This document shows, in pieces, positions 52,078-60,447 of a stretch of DNA of 64,000 bases. Both the position numbers and the translations under genes were made by a program. The stretch spans positions 9,772 through 73,771 of IMG/VR virus record IMGVR_UViG_3300037067_001795; one strand, given 5' to 3'. How positions within the stretch are numbered: position 1 is the stretch's first letter; each line of letters begins with the position of its first letter. Origin of the DNA: a virus. Taxonomy: Duplodnaviria; Caudoviricetes. The notes beneath the pieces were generated by a model. The model saw only the letters and a program-made list of their open reading frames with translations. It was not told the DNA's origin and made no database searches.

Positions 52078-54246
52078 TCAGTTTTTCTGATTGGGGTTCC
52101 AGTTGTCGGTGGGTTTCAGTTTGTCTGTCACGTCCACTATCTTTAGGCCACCACCATCCATAAGCTGATAACCCCAGGCCCTAGAAGCACTGGACAGCGG
52201 AACAGATCCATGAGATTCAGCGTACAGATCCTTTGACCCCCAATAGAACTTTGGATCCACTAAGGCTGACTCGTGCACTTCTACGAGCAACCCTGCAGAA
52301 CCCTTAGCTGCTCCTCCATAGATCGGGATGGGCTCCTTAGAGAAGTTTGTAGTACCACCGTGATCAGCCGAACGACCAGGACCTAGCTCACCTGTTGTTA
52401 GAGCCTTATCAAAGTCTTCCTTTGTAACAAACCGATAGACATAGTCTTCTCGCGGTACGACGGTATCGCTGAATCGCTTTGTTACAGGAGCATTGTCGAC
52501 TTGCTGCTGGATTTCTGCTTTCACGCTTGCTCCTCCGCCACCGCCCCCACTCCCAAACTTACCATCGGCGTCACGTGGTTGGTTTGGATTGTAGTTCTCA
52601 ACCTTCTTCTTGCTTGGGAACGCAGCCACCTCGTCACCCTCAGTCGTGACAACCTTCTCGCCCTCACGCATCTTGATAGTGCCGGGTGCTTCCTCGGGCA
52701 CTGGAGGCGCAGGCACGTGACCGGGTACGATCTCGTCCTCGGTGTCTGGGTTGGTCTTCTCGAGCTGGTCCATGGCACCTTCCAGCACTTCGTCAACCTC
52801 GTTCTGCGGCATCTCCATGATCCGTGTGAGGAAGTCGTTGGGAGCAATGAGGGCTTCCACATTGCCGCCGATGTACTTGGCCATGGCGTCCACGCGCTGG
52901 ACTGCCACCTGTGCCTTCTCCAGCTCACTCAGTGCTTCCAGGTCTGGCCATACTGCGGAGTAACCCTGAGGCTCAGGCAGCACACCTACCATGATGCAAC
53001 GGTCCACGAACGGTATGATCATGCGAGGCGTGAGGTACTTACCCTGCCTAGCACGCATGCGATCGTTCCACGAGTCGCTATCCTGAGAAGAAGCCAGCTC
53101 GCCGCGCTCGGATCCTTCGAAGATACGGCGTGGAACAGCCAGTTCGATGCAGATAGCACCGATCTGAACGTCGATCTGCGGCGTAGGATCCACAACCTGC
53201 GGAGCTAGGCTCTTCGCACTCATGCCCATCAGAGCCATGTATCGCTGCAACCCGTTCATGTACTGCTCCATCTGCTCGCGCAGCGCAGCAGCATCCACGT
53301 TCACGTCGCCGCCTAGCTGCGGATGGGTCTCCAGCGACCAGCCGGGAAACGCTCCACGGAAGTACATTTCGGCACTACCACCATAGAGCTTGCGCAGGTC
53401 TAGGATCCTGTGCAATACCGGCTTCATGCGCGGCGTGCCGAAGATCTCAGAGCTGCCGCAGTTGTCGGCGATGTGAATGACTCTGGTCCAGTGCACCATC
53501 TTGGTAGCAAAGGGTAAGCCAATACCACCCTTGGTCCACTCGTTGGGGTCGTTGAACGTGATGCTGTACATGACCGGCTGACCATATCGCGGCGATGTAG
53601 GATTGGTCTCGTACTGAGCAATCTGCACCAACGACTCATCAAACGCCCTCATGAACAACAGACGACGACCCTTGGTCTTGTCCTTGTCCACGTTCAGTGT
53701 GTACACGTTACCCGTAGGCTTGGCTGGTGCCTTCACTTCCGCGGGCTGCTCTTGGCCCTTGACTGGAATGTCTACAGGCTCGGACCACTTCTCCTCGACG
53801 CCGCGGACTGGCTTGCTCAGCTCTTGGCCGTCATCCAGACCTAGCAGCAGCACACCGAAGCAGCCTATTCCACTCAGCACGTCAGCACGGCGCAGGTACT
53901 CCCAGATCGGTGAGCCTTCCTCGCCTTGGCCACGGTACCAGCTACGTCCACGTAGGCTGTTGCTGAGGTTTTCCCATGCTGTCTCAAACTCCGTGGTCGC
54001 CTCGCTGTCCTCGTCCTCGTACACCTCCGGCTCGTTCTTCCAGGACTCGTTAGGTATCACGTTGACCACGCGATTGCCGATAGGATCCTCGTCGTACAGT
54101 TCACGGTAGCCGTTTGGCTCCATGCCGCCGTCAGGGTAACCGCACTCCACCTTGAGGTCACGCCGTGGATCCAGCAGCTTCTGCAGTAGCTCAGATCGCT
54201 GCATCATTGCGTTGAACAGAATTTCGTTGTTGATCGCTTCGCTCAT
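52078..54246 (-). CDS. Portal protein (DUF1073/anti-CBASS Acb1-like portal family) with C-terminal payload
   Basis: IGNRVVNVIPNESW, HWTRVIH, GSAEMYF, GELASSQD, WPDL. Confidence 0.88.
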   Translation of the reverse strand: MSEAINNEILFNAMMQRSELLQKLLDPRRDLKVECGYPDGGMEPNGYRELYDEDPIGNRVVNVIPNESWKNEPEVYEDEDSEATTEFETAWENLSNSLRGRSWYRGQGEEGSPIWEYLRRADVLSGIGCFGVLLLGLDDGQELSKPVRGVEEKWSEPVDIPVKGQEQPAEVKAPAKPTGNVYTLNVDKDKTKGRRLLFMRAFDESLVQIAQYETNPTSPRYGQPVMYSITFNDPNEWTKGGIGLPFATKMVHWTRVIHIADNCGSSEIFGTPRMKPVLHRILDLRKLYGGSAEMYFRGAFPGWSLETHPQLGGDVNVDAAALREQMEQYMNGLQRYMALMGMSAKSLAPQVVDPTPQIDVQIGAICIELAVPRRIFEGSERGELASSQDSDSWNDRMRARQGKYLTPRMIIPFVDRCIMVGVLPEPQGYSAVWPDLEALSELEKAQVAVQRVDAMAKYIGGNVEALIAPNDFLTRIMEMPQNEVDEVLEGAMDQLEKTNPDTEDEIVPGHVPAPPVPEEAPGTIKMREGEKVVTTEGDEVAAFPSKKKVENYNPNQPRDADGKFGSGGGGGGASVKAEIQQQVDNAPVTKRFSDTVVPREDYVYRFVTKEDFDKALTTGELGPGRSADHGGTTNFSKEPIPIYGGAAKGSAGLLVEVHESALVDPKFYWGSKDLYAESHGSVPLSSASRAWGYQLMDGGGLKIVDVTDKLKPTDNWNPNQKN

Positions 54247-54257
54247 GATAGTGCCTT

Positions 54258-54446
54258 TCAGGTGGTATACGTGCTAGATCCACCACGTGATTTCAAGTGT
54301 GGGATCCGTTGTGGAGTTTTCACTCTGGCGTTGTAGTCCCGGCACTTCTTGCACAGAAAGAAGAACCGTTGCTCCGGCTCGAACGCCTTCCTACACTTCA
54401 GGCAACTACGTGTCTCGATCAGCTTCGTCCCTTCAACAACACTCAT
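54258..54446 (-). CDS. Small Zn-finger protein
   Basis: RSCLKCRKAF...LCKKC. Confidence 0.6.
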   Translation of the reverse strand: MSVVEGTKLIETRSCLKCRKAFEPEQRFFFLCKKCRDYNARVKTPQRIPHLKSRGGSSTYTT

Positions 54447-54673
54447 AGATCCTCCAGGTGTGATGCTACTACGGGGTAAATCTGCTTGAGTGTGTGCCAG
54501 TTCTCAACTGCCTTAGGCTCTGTAGGACTGTCACCTCTCACTTGTATCCTACGCAAGACTCTGGTGGAGTATGATCTACGTGGGCTGACGAATAACCAGT
54601 GCTTTGGACGCGGCTTGCGATGGCTGAGGTACAGGAATGTGGACTGAATGAACGGCTTCATATGGGCGAGCAA
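54443..54673 (-). CDS. Hypothetical protein
   Basis: 76 aa, overlapping operon. Confidence 0.4.
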   Translation of the reverse strand: MLAHMKPFIQSTFLYLSHRKPRPKHWLFVSPRRSYSTRVLRRIQVRGDSPTEPKAVENWHTLKQIYPVVASHLEDL

Positions 54674-54771
54674 TTTCGGTTGGTTTCAGCTAACGCTCCA
54701 GGACGATCATCGCTTCAAACCGCTGCGGCTCCCTCGCATCTCCGCAGTTCATCCGGGAGCTACCCGGCCAC

Positions 54772-55725
54772 TCACACTATGGCTCCTGCAGTGCTGCGAG
54801 AGGTGCGTCCTGACAAGCCGAACACAGCAAGACACACAGCCTCCAGTTCGTCAGGGCTGCAACCTATCAGGTCTACGAGGTTGATCTTGGAGTCAGTCTT
54901 GTTCACGGCGTCAGGCTTCTTGTGCTTGGGTGGTAGATACATTCTACCCTCCTCGTCAAACCACAACGGTATGGGGGCCATCTGCCCGCGTAGGCTGGGG
55001 CCACCGTCCAGCCTAGGCTTGTTGGCTATCTCACTTGGTATGGCAAACGGTGTGGTCAACGCCTTCGGGTCCAGTCGCTCGCGTACGGTGCCGTAGATCT
55101 CAGCTCTGCGGTTCTTGTAGGCCATGCGCACCTCATCATCACGGTTGCGCTGCTCTAGGGGCTTCAGGCCCCTACGCTTCTCAGCCGTAGCAGGCGAGCC
55201 AAACAGGATAGCACGCACCTTGTGACCCGTCGTACGTAAACGGTCCACGTGTACTTTGCCTCCGCCTCCGTAGTCAAACAACACGTTCTCAGCACGTACG
55301 CCAAACCGGCTCATTATACCTAGCGTCAGACTGGGTATTACGGAAGTGTCCGGCGTCTTGCGGCTCTCCAGATACATGACACCGCTGTCGCTGGCTACGG
55401 CCCATGAGGTATTGTCCCCACCCAGAGCACTGTCCACCCCCATGGTACGGGCTGGTCCCACTGCCCTCCGTAGCTCCGCAGCGTTGAGCCACAACGGTGG
55501 AAACAGCAACGCATCCTCGCCCTCGTAGAACTCAGCGTCTATGCTGATGCACTTGCGTATGGGATCCCACAACTCCGTACGCTTGCAGTATTCGCCATAG
55601 CTCAAGACACCCGGTATGATGATCTCGTCAGTAGGCTCTATGCCTGCCGCAAGCTGCGCCTTGCCGAACCTTACGTTAGGACTATCGTGCCCCGTGATCT
55701 TGATGATCTTGCGGTAGTATCGCAT
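54772..55725 (-). CDS. Terminase large subunit, C-terminal (nuclease) part
   Basis: DSPNV, MGVDSALGGDNT, DYGGGG, YKNRRAE, SPDELEA. Confidence 0.85.
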   Translation of the reverse strand: MRYYRKIIKITGHDSPNVRFGKAQLAAGIEPTDEIIIPGVLSYGEYCKRTELWDPIRKCISIDAEFYEGEDALLFPPLWLNAAELRRAVGPARTMGVDSALGGDNTSWAVASDSGVMYLESRKTPDTSVIPSLTLGIMSRFGVRAENVLFDYGGGGKVHVDRLRTTGHKVRAILFGSPATAEKRRGLKPLEQRNRDDEVRMAYKNRRAEIYGTVRERLDPKALTTPFAIPSEIANKPRLDGGPSLRGQMAPIPLWFDEEGRMYLPPKHKKPDAVNKTDSKINLVDLIGCSPDELEAVCLAVFGLSGRTSRSTAGAIV

Positions 55726-55728
55726 CAG

Positions 55729-55842
55729 CTACCCAATGTAGATGTGAAAGCACCTAGCTATAAATTCGGTGAAGCACAGGCGCAGTTTTTCGTACCTGTA
55801 CCTGATTGGATGTTCTGATTTTTGCTCGTCAATAAACGTCAT
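55729..55842 (-). CDS. 37-aa micro-ORF between the terminase halves
   Basis: MTFIDEQKSEHPIRYRYEKLRLCFTEFIARCFHIYIG; ATGA overlap with the upstream stop. Confidence 0.5.
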   Translation of the reverse strand: MTFIDEQKSEHPIRYRYEKLRLCFTEFIARCFHIYIG

Positions 55843-56474
55843 ACTACCAACGTCTTGGGCTTGACAACCAAGTCACCACCCTTGACGCCTTTCTTGAAGA
55901 AGTTGGTGCAGGGGTAAGGGTTGCCGATGATTAGTTTACGCTCTGCCCACGTGTCCGCACGGTTGTAGCTCTCGTCGTCTACGCCACTAGCCTCGTCAGC
56001 CAGGAACAGGGTGCGCGGTATACCATCACCGGTCTTGGCTATGTGGTGCCCCAGCATACCCTCGCCCTTGGCTGCCACACGTCCTAGCATGTAGCTGAGA
56101 CCGTCTACCTGCCCGTCTGGCATAACCTTGCGGAGGTGCATATGGTTGACCAGCAGAGGGCCACCCTTGGTGCTGTCCAGCGGTACCGCACTCTCTTGAA
56201 TGAACCTACGTATCTCACCCCATAACACGCCCTCCAGTTGTGTAGCATCCACGCTCGTTGTCACGATGCGACAGGGGTGACGCGACATGAAGAACCACAG
56301 TGCTATGAACGCACTAACGAAGTCCTTGCCCAGCATGTTACCAGCAGGCACGAAGGTCTCGTCGTTGTCGCGTACGCTGTAGATGATCTCACGCTGCTCT
56401 CTATAGAAGGTCACGTGAGGCCACAGTACAGAGGCCATCCGCATAGGATCGGTAGCAGTTGCAATTGGCTTCAC
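55839..56474 (-). CDS. Terminase large subunit, N-terminal ATPase part
   Basis: YREQREI (Q motif), AGNMLGKDF (Walker A), FLADEASG (Walker B), IIGNP. Confidence 0.85.
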   Translation of the reverse strand: MKPIATATDPMRMASVLWPHVTFYREQREIIYSVRDNDETFVPAGNMLGKDFVSAFIALWFFMSRHPCRIVTTSVDATQLEGVLWGEIRRFIQESAVPLDSTKGGPLLVNHMHLRKVMPDGQVDGLSYMLGRVAAKGEGMLGHHIAKTGDGIPRTLFLADEASGVDDESYNRADTWAERKLIIGNPYPCTNFFKKGVKGGDLVVKPKTLVV

Positions 56475-56740
56475 TGACCCAGCTCCATAATCCGCCTCTC
56501 CAGAAGAATCTGCTTGCGTCGTATGGATTCGTACTCAGCCTCTGCCTTCTCAACATGCTTCTGCAACTCGTCAATGCTGGCTAACAGTCTATTGGTTTCA
56601 AGGCGGGCCATGAGCCAGTAGCCATACATGCACAGTAGCACGAACACAACATGCAAGAGTGTAGTCATGATCCAGGTCCAATCATTCGCTTCACTGACCT
56701 GCCTCACGCAGCCATGGAAACTCCCTGACCCACTCATCAC
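56471..56740 (-). CDS. TM plus coiled-coil hypothetical protein
   Basis: Hydrophobic helix followed by heptads. Confidence 0.5.
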   Translation of the reverse strand: MMSGSGSFHGCVRQVSEANDWTWIMTTLLHVVFVLLCMYGYWLMARLETNRLLASIDELQKHVEKAEAEYESIRRKQILLERRIMELGQ

Positions 56741-56909
56741 CGTGTTTCAAGGCGAGGAATTCATAGAGTCTTTTCGCCACAAGACGGGCTTCTATGAGGT
56801 CTGCCTGCAATGTCGTATGCTGACGGTATAGATCTATTAGTGAGTACTGATGACCGTTGGCATCGACCACCGTCTCTGGCAATCCGTCCCAGGACTTAGG
56901 GGTATTCAT
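56691..56909 (-). CDS. Hypothetical protein
   Basis: 72 aa. Confidence 0.5.
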   Translation of the reverse strand: MNTPKSWDGLPETVVDANGHQYSLIDLYRQHTTLQADLIEARLVAKRLYEFLALKHGDEWVREFPWLREAGQ

Positions 56910-57079
56910 ATTCTAGGCCTCCAAGCCACTATGGCCAGCGTGAGGGGCCAGCACAGTGAAAGCACTAGGTACACACCAATGGCTGTCAGATCCAGATCGT
57001 TCTTACGATTGTGCCATACTGCAAACCCGAACAGTAGACAGACCGGCAGACAGTATCCTATGAGCAACCACCAGATCAT
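56906..57079 (-). CDS. Small two-TM protein (57 aa)
   Basis: Manual translation MIWWLLIGYCLPVCLLFGFAVW...LCWPLTLAIVAWRPRI. Confidence 0.55.
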   Translation of the reverse strand: MIWWLLIGYCLPVCLLFGFAVWHNRKNDLDLTAIGVYLVLSLCWPLTLAIVAWRPRI

Positions 57080-57081
57080 TC

Positions 57082-57387
57082 TCAAGGCTCCTCGTTGAAT
57101 AGTTTACGGTAGAGTTCTGTTAGAATACGGCGACTACGACCACACGTACGGCACGGACCTTGATCTTTGATCTTGTCCTTCAGGTGTGCTCGCACACTCT
57201 CCTCAAAGGTCTTGTCTGGTAGTGGGGCAACACGGTACTCAAATCCATCCCAGTTCCATGTGGGGTTCTCGGCCGTGTCCCAGTATCTTGTCTCTCCATA
57301 TCTGCGGCACTGAATCGGTTGACCGTCTAAGAAAGCCTGCATGACCTCAAGGGCCTTGGTCGTATGTAACTTAGTTTCAGGTTCCAT
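57082..57387 (-). CDS. Hypothetical phage protein
   Basis: AFLDGQPIQ...PTWNWDGFEYRV. Confidence 0.65.
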   Translation of the reverse strand: MEPETKLHTTKALEVMQAFLDGQPIQCRRYGETRYWDTAENPTWNWDGFEYRVAPLPDKTFEESVRAHLKDKIKDQGPCRTCGRSRRILTELYRKLFNEEP

Positions 57388-57661
57388 CGCTTTGCTCCTT
57401 TGTTGTGTGGTGAATACACCCGAAGTCCTTGCCCACTAGTATACGCACTGCACAGCCTAAGGCGTCAGTGGCTCCTAGGCCCTCAGAAGGGACTTTGTTC
57501 CATGAACTGACCAGCATCTCAGCAGCGTCGTCCTCATCCAACACTCGTAGTAGTTTACCACTACGACACTCACCAAGGTAATCAACCTGATCGTTGGGCC
57601 ACGAAACATAGACCCCCGTGTATAGGATCCAGTGCTTACAGGTTTCGCACGTGTTACTCAC
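57377..57661 (-). CDS. Cys-rich hypothetical protein
   Basis: CETCKHW...DFGCIHH. Confidence 0.6.
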   Translation of the reverse strand: MSNTCETCKHWILYTGVYVSWPNDQVDYLGECRSGKLLRVLDEDDAAEMLVSSWNKVPSEGLGATDALGCAVRILVGKDFGCIHHTTKEQSDGT

Positions 57662-58319
57662 TAGTCTGCTCCTTGTGATGTGAAAGGGCTTGTATCTTCT
57701 GCTCGATAGGGTCTACATCTAGCGTGAGCGGCACGTGCATTTCCTGAAGGAAACGCCTCAAGATCTGGTCGTCCACGCTCACGGTGGTCTCGACCTTCTC
57801 TGCTGCGAACAGACCCTTATGGCGCAGTGCCATGTCCAACGCCTGCGCCTTGCTGACCAGCTTCACCTCCGTGTCTACTTCCTCTACCTCGGTGCCGTCG
57901 TCACGTGTGTAGCGTTTCACCTTCTGCTTGAAACCGTCTATGGCCGCAGCAGCAGCGTCGCTTAGATCTGACACTGGCGTCAGCCGATTCTTCTCGTCTA
58001 CGTAGTCCTTTCCACTCCGTGTGGCACAGGCTGCGAGATGCCAAAGGATCTCCCATCGCTGGATCTCAAAGGCCTCACGATCCTTCTTCGCTATGGCTTC
58101 TATAGCTGCTTTCACATGCGGTCTTTGGAGGATGTTGCTCCCAGTCACAGTGCTTCTTCCAGAAGAATATCCGATCGCTCTAGCAGCTCTCGCAGCGTTC
58201 CCATCCAACATATACTCCAAGACGAACTTCTGTTCCTTCACGCTCAGACGATCTACTAGATCCTTCTGATCATGATCATTCTTCGTTTTGACTTTCGCCT
58301 TCTTGACTACGCGTGCCAT
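57654..58319 (-). CDS. Terminase small subunit
   Basis: LSVKEQKFVLEYMLDGNAARAARAIGYS; KAQALDMALRHKGLF. Confidence 0.9.
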   Translation of the reverse strand: MARVVKKAKVKTKNDHDQKDLVDRLSVKEQKFVLEYMLDGNAARAARAIGYSSGRSTVTGSNILQRPHVKAAIEAIAKKDREAFEIQRWEILWHLAACATRSGKDYVDEKNRLTPVSDLSDAAAAAIDGFKQKVKRYTRDDGTEVEEVDTEVKLVSKAQALDMALRHKGLFAAEKVETTVSVDDQILRRFLQEMHVPLTLDVDPIEQKIQALSHHKEQTSE

Positions 58320-58322
58320 ACC

Positions 58323-58796
58323 TTATACTCCCGCCGATCGACTTATGCTGCGTTTGAAGCCGTCGACCTCTTGTTGCAAGCACCTGATCTGCAGGTTCCG
58401 TATCTGCTCTGTCTTCTCCTTCTCCATGATCCTACGCCTCAGCGACTTCAGCTTTGCACGTAGATGATGGATCTGTGAGATAGCACTCTCGTACTGGGTC
58501 CCCAGCCAAAACACCTTATCGTGTAGGCATGGACCACTCTGTGGATGGTATGTGTCAACTACATCAGTCGTCGCATCCACAGCCCTACGAAGCCGATAGT
58601 TTTCAGACTTCAGCTCATCAAGGCTGGTCGGCATAGTCAGTGGGTGATTTGTGCACTCTGGGTACCAGTTGTACATGACCTCGCCGACAAGACCATCATT
58701 CAGTCTCTGACATGCTAACTCAGCGTTGCCGCATGGAGCATGATCGCCGTTCTCACGCACCACACAGCAGTCCACTACTTTGTACCTGTTACCCAT
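58323..58796 (-). CDS. Hypothetical protein
   Basis: Coiled-coil C-terminus. Confidence 0.55.
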   Translation of the reverse strand: MGNRYKVVDCCVVRENGDHAPCGNAELACQRLNDGLVGEVMYNWYPECTNHPLTMPTSLDELKSENYRLRRAVDATTDVVDTYHPQSGPCLHDKVFWLGTQYESAISQIHHLRAKLKSLRRRIMEKEKTEQIRNLQIRCLQQEVDGFKRSISRSAGV

Positions 58797-59031
58797 TGAT
58801 GTACTCCTCGGTTACTACCGTGTTAGTGCTCCCACACAACGCGCAACCGTTCCGCCACTTGCCGTGACCTTGCTTGCTCCAAGCTATGGGCAACCACTCG
58901 TGATGACACTTGAGTTGCTTAGTACGACTCTTACGTACAACACAGGTCACTACCTCTTCGTCTGTTGTGTGGTTGTAGCCATCGTGTAGAAAGATCATAC
59001 CGTTGTGGATGGTCTTGTCCTCGGTACTCAT
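58789..59031 (-). CDS. Hypothetical protein
   Basis: CHHEW...CALCG. Confidence 0.5.
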   Translation of the reverse strand: MSTEDKTIHNGMIFLHDGYNHTTDEEVVTCVVRKSRTKQLKCHHEWLPIAWSKQGHGKWRNGCALCGSTNTVVTEEYING

Positions 59032-59468
59032 AGACCCTCTCCCACGGCCTGTTTGAGCCTGTCATATTGCTGCTGGAGGCGTGCATACTCACTTCTTAGA
59101 CGCTCGATGGTCTCTGGTCTTATGGCTAGCTGCTGCTCTAAGGCTATGATGGTTACTGTCCTTGAGGCTGCCTCTTTACACAGTTGAGCAATCTTAACTT
59201 GTAGGCCGTCAACTTTCTGAAGGGCGGCATCAAGCTGGTGTTGTAGCTCATTCACCAGAGCTCGTAGTGTGTTTATTGGCGGTACATCCCCACTGGCTAG
59301 AGGCATCTTCTGTTCGTTATCGCAGGGGTCGCCGTTAGTGTCCTGTCCACAGCGAAAGCACTCGTGCCAATGGCACTCCCATATCTGCTGACTACCCTCG
59401 AAGACACACTCGCACCTGTGGCTGAGTGCCTTCTCAAGCTGACGGATCTTCTTGTCCTTAGTTCCCAT
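59028..59468 (-). CDS. Cys-rich coiled-coil hypothetical protein
   Basis: Start MGTKDKK. Confidence 0.55.
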   Translation of the reverse strand: MGTKDKKIRQLEKALSHRCECVFEGSQQIWECHWHECFRCGQDTNGDPCDNEQKMPLASGDVPPINTLRALVNELQHQLDAALQKVDGLQVKIAQLCKEAASRTVTIIALEQQLAIRPETIERLRSEYARLQQQYDRLKQAVGEGL

Positions 59469-59655
59469 CTGAGTCTGGTCCTGTCTGGGGTCCTGAACGT
59501 GTGGCAAACCCATTCACATACTCCAGTGTGATGGCGAAAGACTGCTCTTGATTGAATCCTGATTCCAGGCATCCTTGATGCAGGTTCCATAGGATCCTAC
59601 CAACTAACCTGATCGCTAAAGAAGCCTTCTCCATCTCGTGGTTATCCAAGCCCAT
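59458..59655 (-). CDS. Hypothetical protein
   Basis: GFNQEQSFAIT. Confidence 0.5.
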   Translation of the reverse strand: MGLDNHEMEKASLAIRLVGRILWNLHQGCLESGFNQEQSFAITLEYVNGFATRSGPQTGPDSDGN

Positions 59656-59845
59656 ATCTCAAGCTCTCCCTTCTTAGATTACGTACAGCCTGACTGACTA
59701 CAGCAGCGTCGTACCACGTGAACGATAGATCCGTGTTGCTGGCGTACCGTGCAAGCCTCCTCAGCATCTCCACAGCATGCTCGTCATCGTAGATGAAGTA
59801 GTATCGCTCCTCGTCCTTGGCCAGCACTATGGAGTAAGTGACCAT
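59642..59845 (-). CDS. Hypothetical protein
   Basis: KDEERYYFIYDD...LARYASNTDLSFTWYDAAV. Confidence 0.6.
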   Translation of the reverse strand: MVTYSIVLAKDEERYYFIYDDEHAVEMLRRLARYASNTDLSFTWYDAAVVSQAVRNLRRESLRYGLG

Positions 59846-59846
59846 C

Positions 59847-60149
59847 TCAGTAGTACATCTTTCCTGTGCCACCACACTTCTCACAATCAAGCAGATGCCG
59901 GTATCCAGATTCCTGCCTTACATAATGCCCCAGTCCTTCACATGACGGGCAGGGTGACGGCAACGGAGACGGCAATGGTTTGCGAGTCACATCATACATG
60001 ACCAGCAGGCCACGGACGCACGCCTGCATGTCAGAGTGTGATTCTGGGTACTGCAAGTCCGGTCGCCATTCCTTGAGGCCTGCTAACAGCGTCTCAATGA
60101 TCTGACTTTCGTGTAGTTCAAGTTTTGGTGGCAACGCTGGTTTTGACAT
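59847..60149 (-). CDS. DnaJ-type Zn-finger hypothetical protein
   Basis: CPSCEGLG...CEKCGGTG. Confidence 0.65.
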   Translation of the reverse strand: MSKPALPPKLELHESQIIETLLAGLKEWRPDLQYPESHSDMQACVRGLLVMYDVTRKPLPSPLPSPCPSCEGLGHYVRQESGYRHLLDCEKCGGTGKMYY

Positions 60150-60162
60150 GACAGCCTCTCCC

Positions 60163-60312
60163 CTAGTTAAACACCCAAGCCACTACGAGCATGATGAGCA
60201 TAGTCATCACGCACCCTGCCAGTATGACACCACTATCAAACAGGTCAGAGGCCTCTCTAGCCCTTACACAGGGATGGGCTGGTACCCACACATATCTATC
60301 CGTGCTTTGCAT
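60163..60312 (-). CDS. Small membrane protein
   Basis: RBS GAAAGGA; C-terminal TM. Confidence 0.5.
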   Translation of the reverse strand: MQSTDRYVWVPAHPCVRAREASDLFDSGVILAGCVMTMLIMLVVAWVFN

Positions 60313-60360
60313 CGTTGATCCTTTCTCGTTATAGTATACGCTAACTTTTGCGTTGTGGGC

Positions 60361-60388
60361 TTTACGCGACAAAACTGCGCGTTATAAT
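60361..60388 (+). promoter_or_regulatory. Sigma70-like promoter pointing antisense to the helicase
   Basis: TTTACG-N16-TATAAT. Confidence 0.5.
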
Positions 60389-60416
60389 AGCCAACGGCGG
60401 GGTATGCTACGCTATA

Positions 60417-60447
60417 ATACTATACTATAGTATAGTATATAGTTAGG
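60417..60447. repeat. AT-rich palindromic repeat, copy 2
   Basis: Perfect 22-bp palindrome ATACTATACTATAGTATAGTAT (60417-60438); 26/31 match to 9060-9090. Confidence 0.8.
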
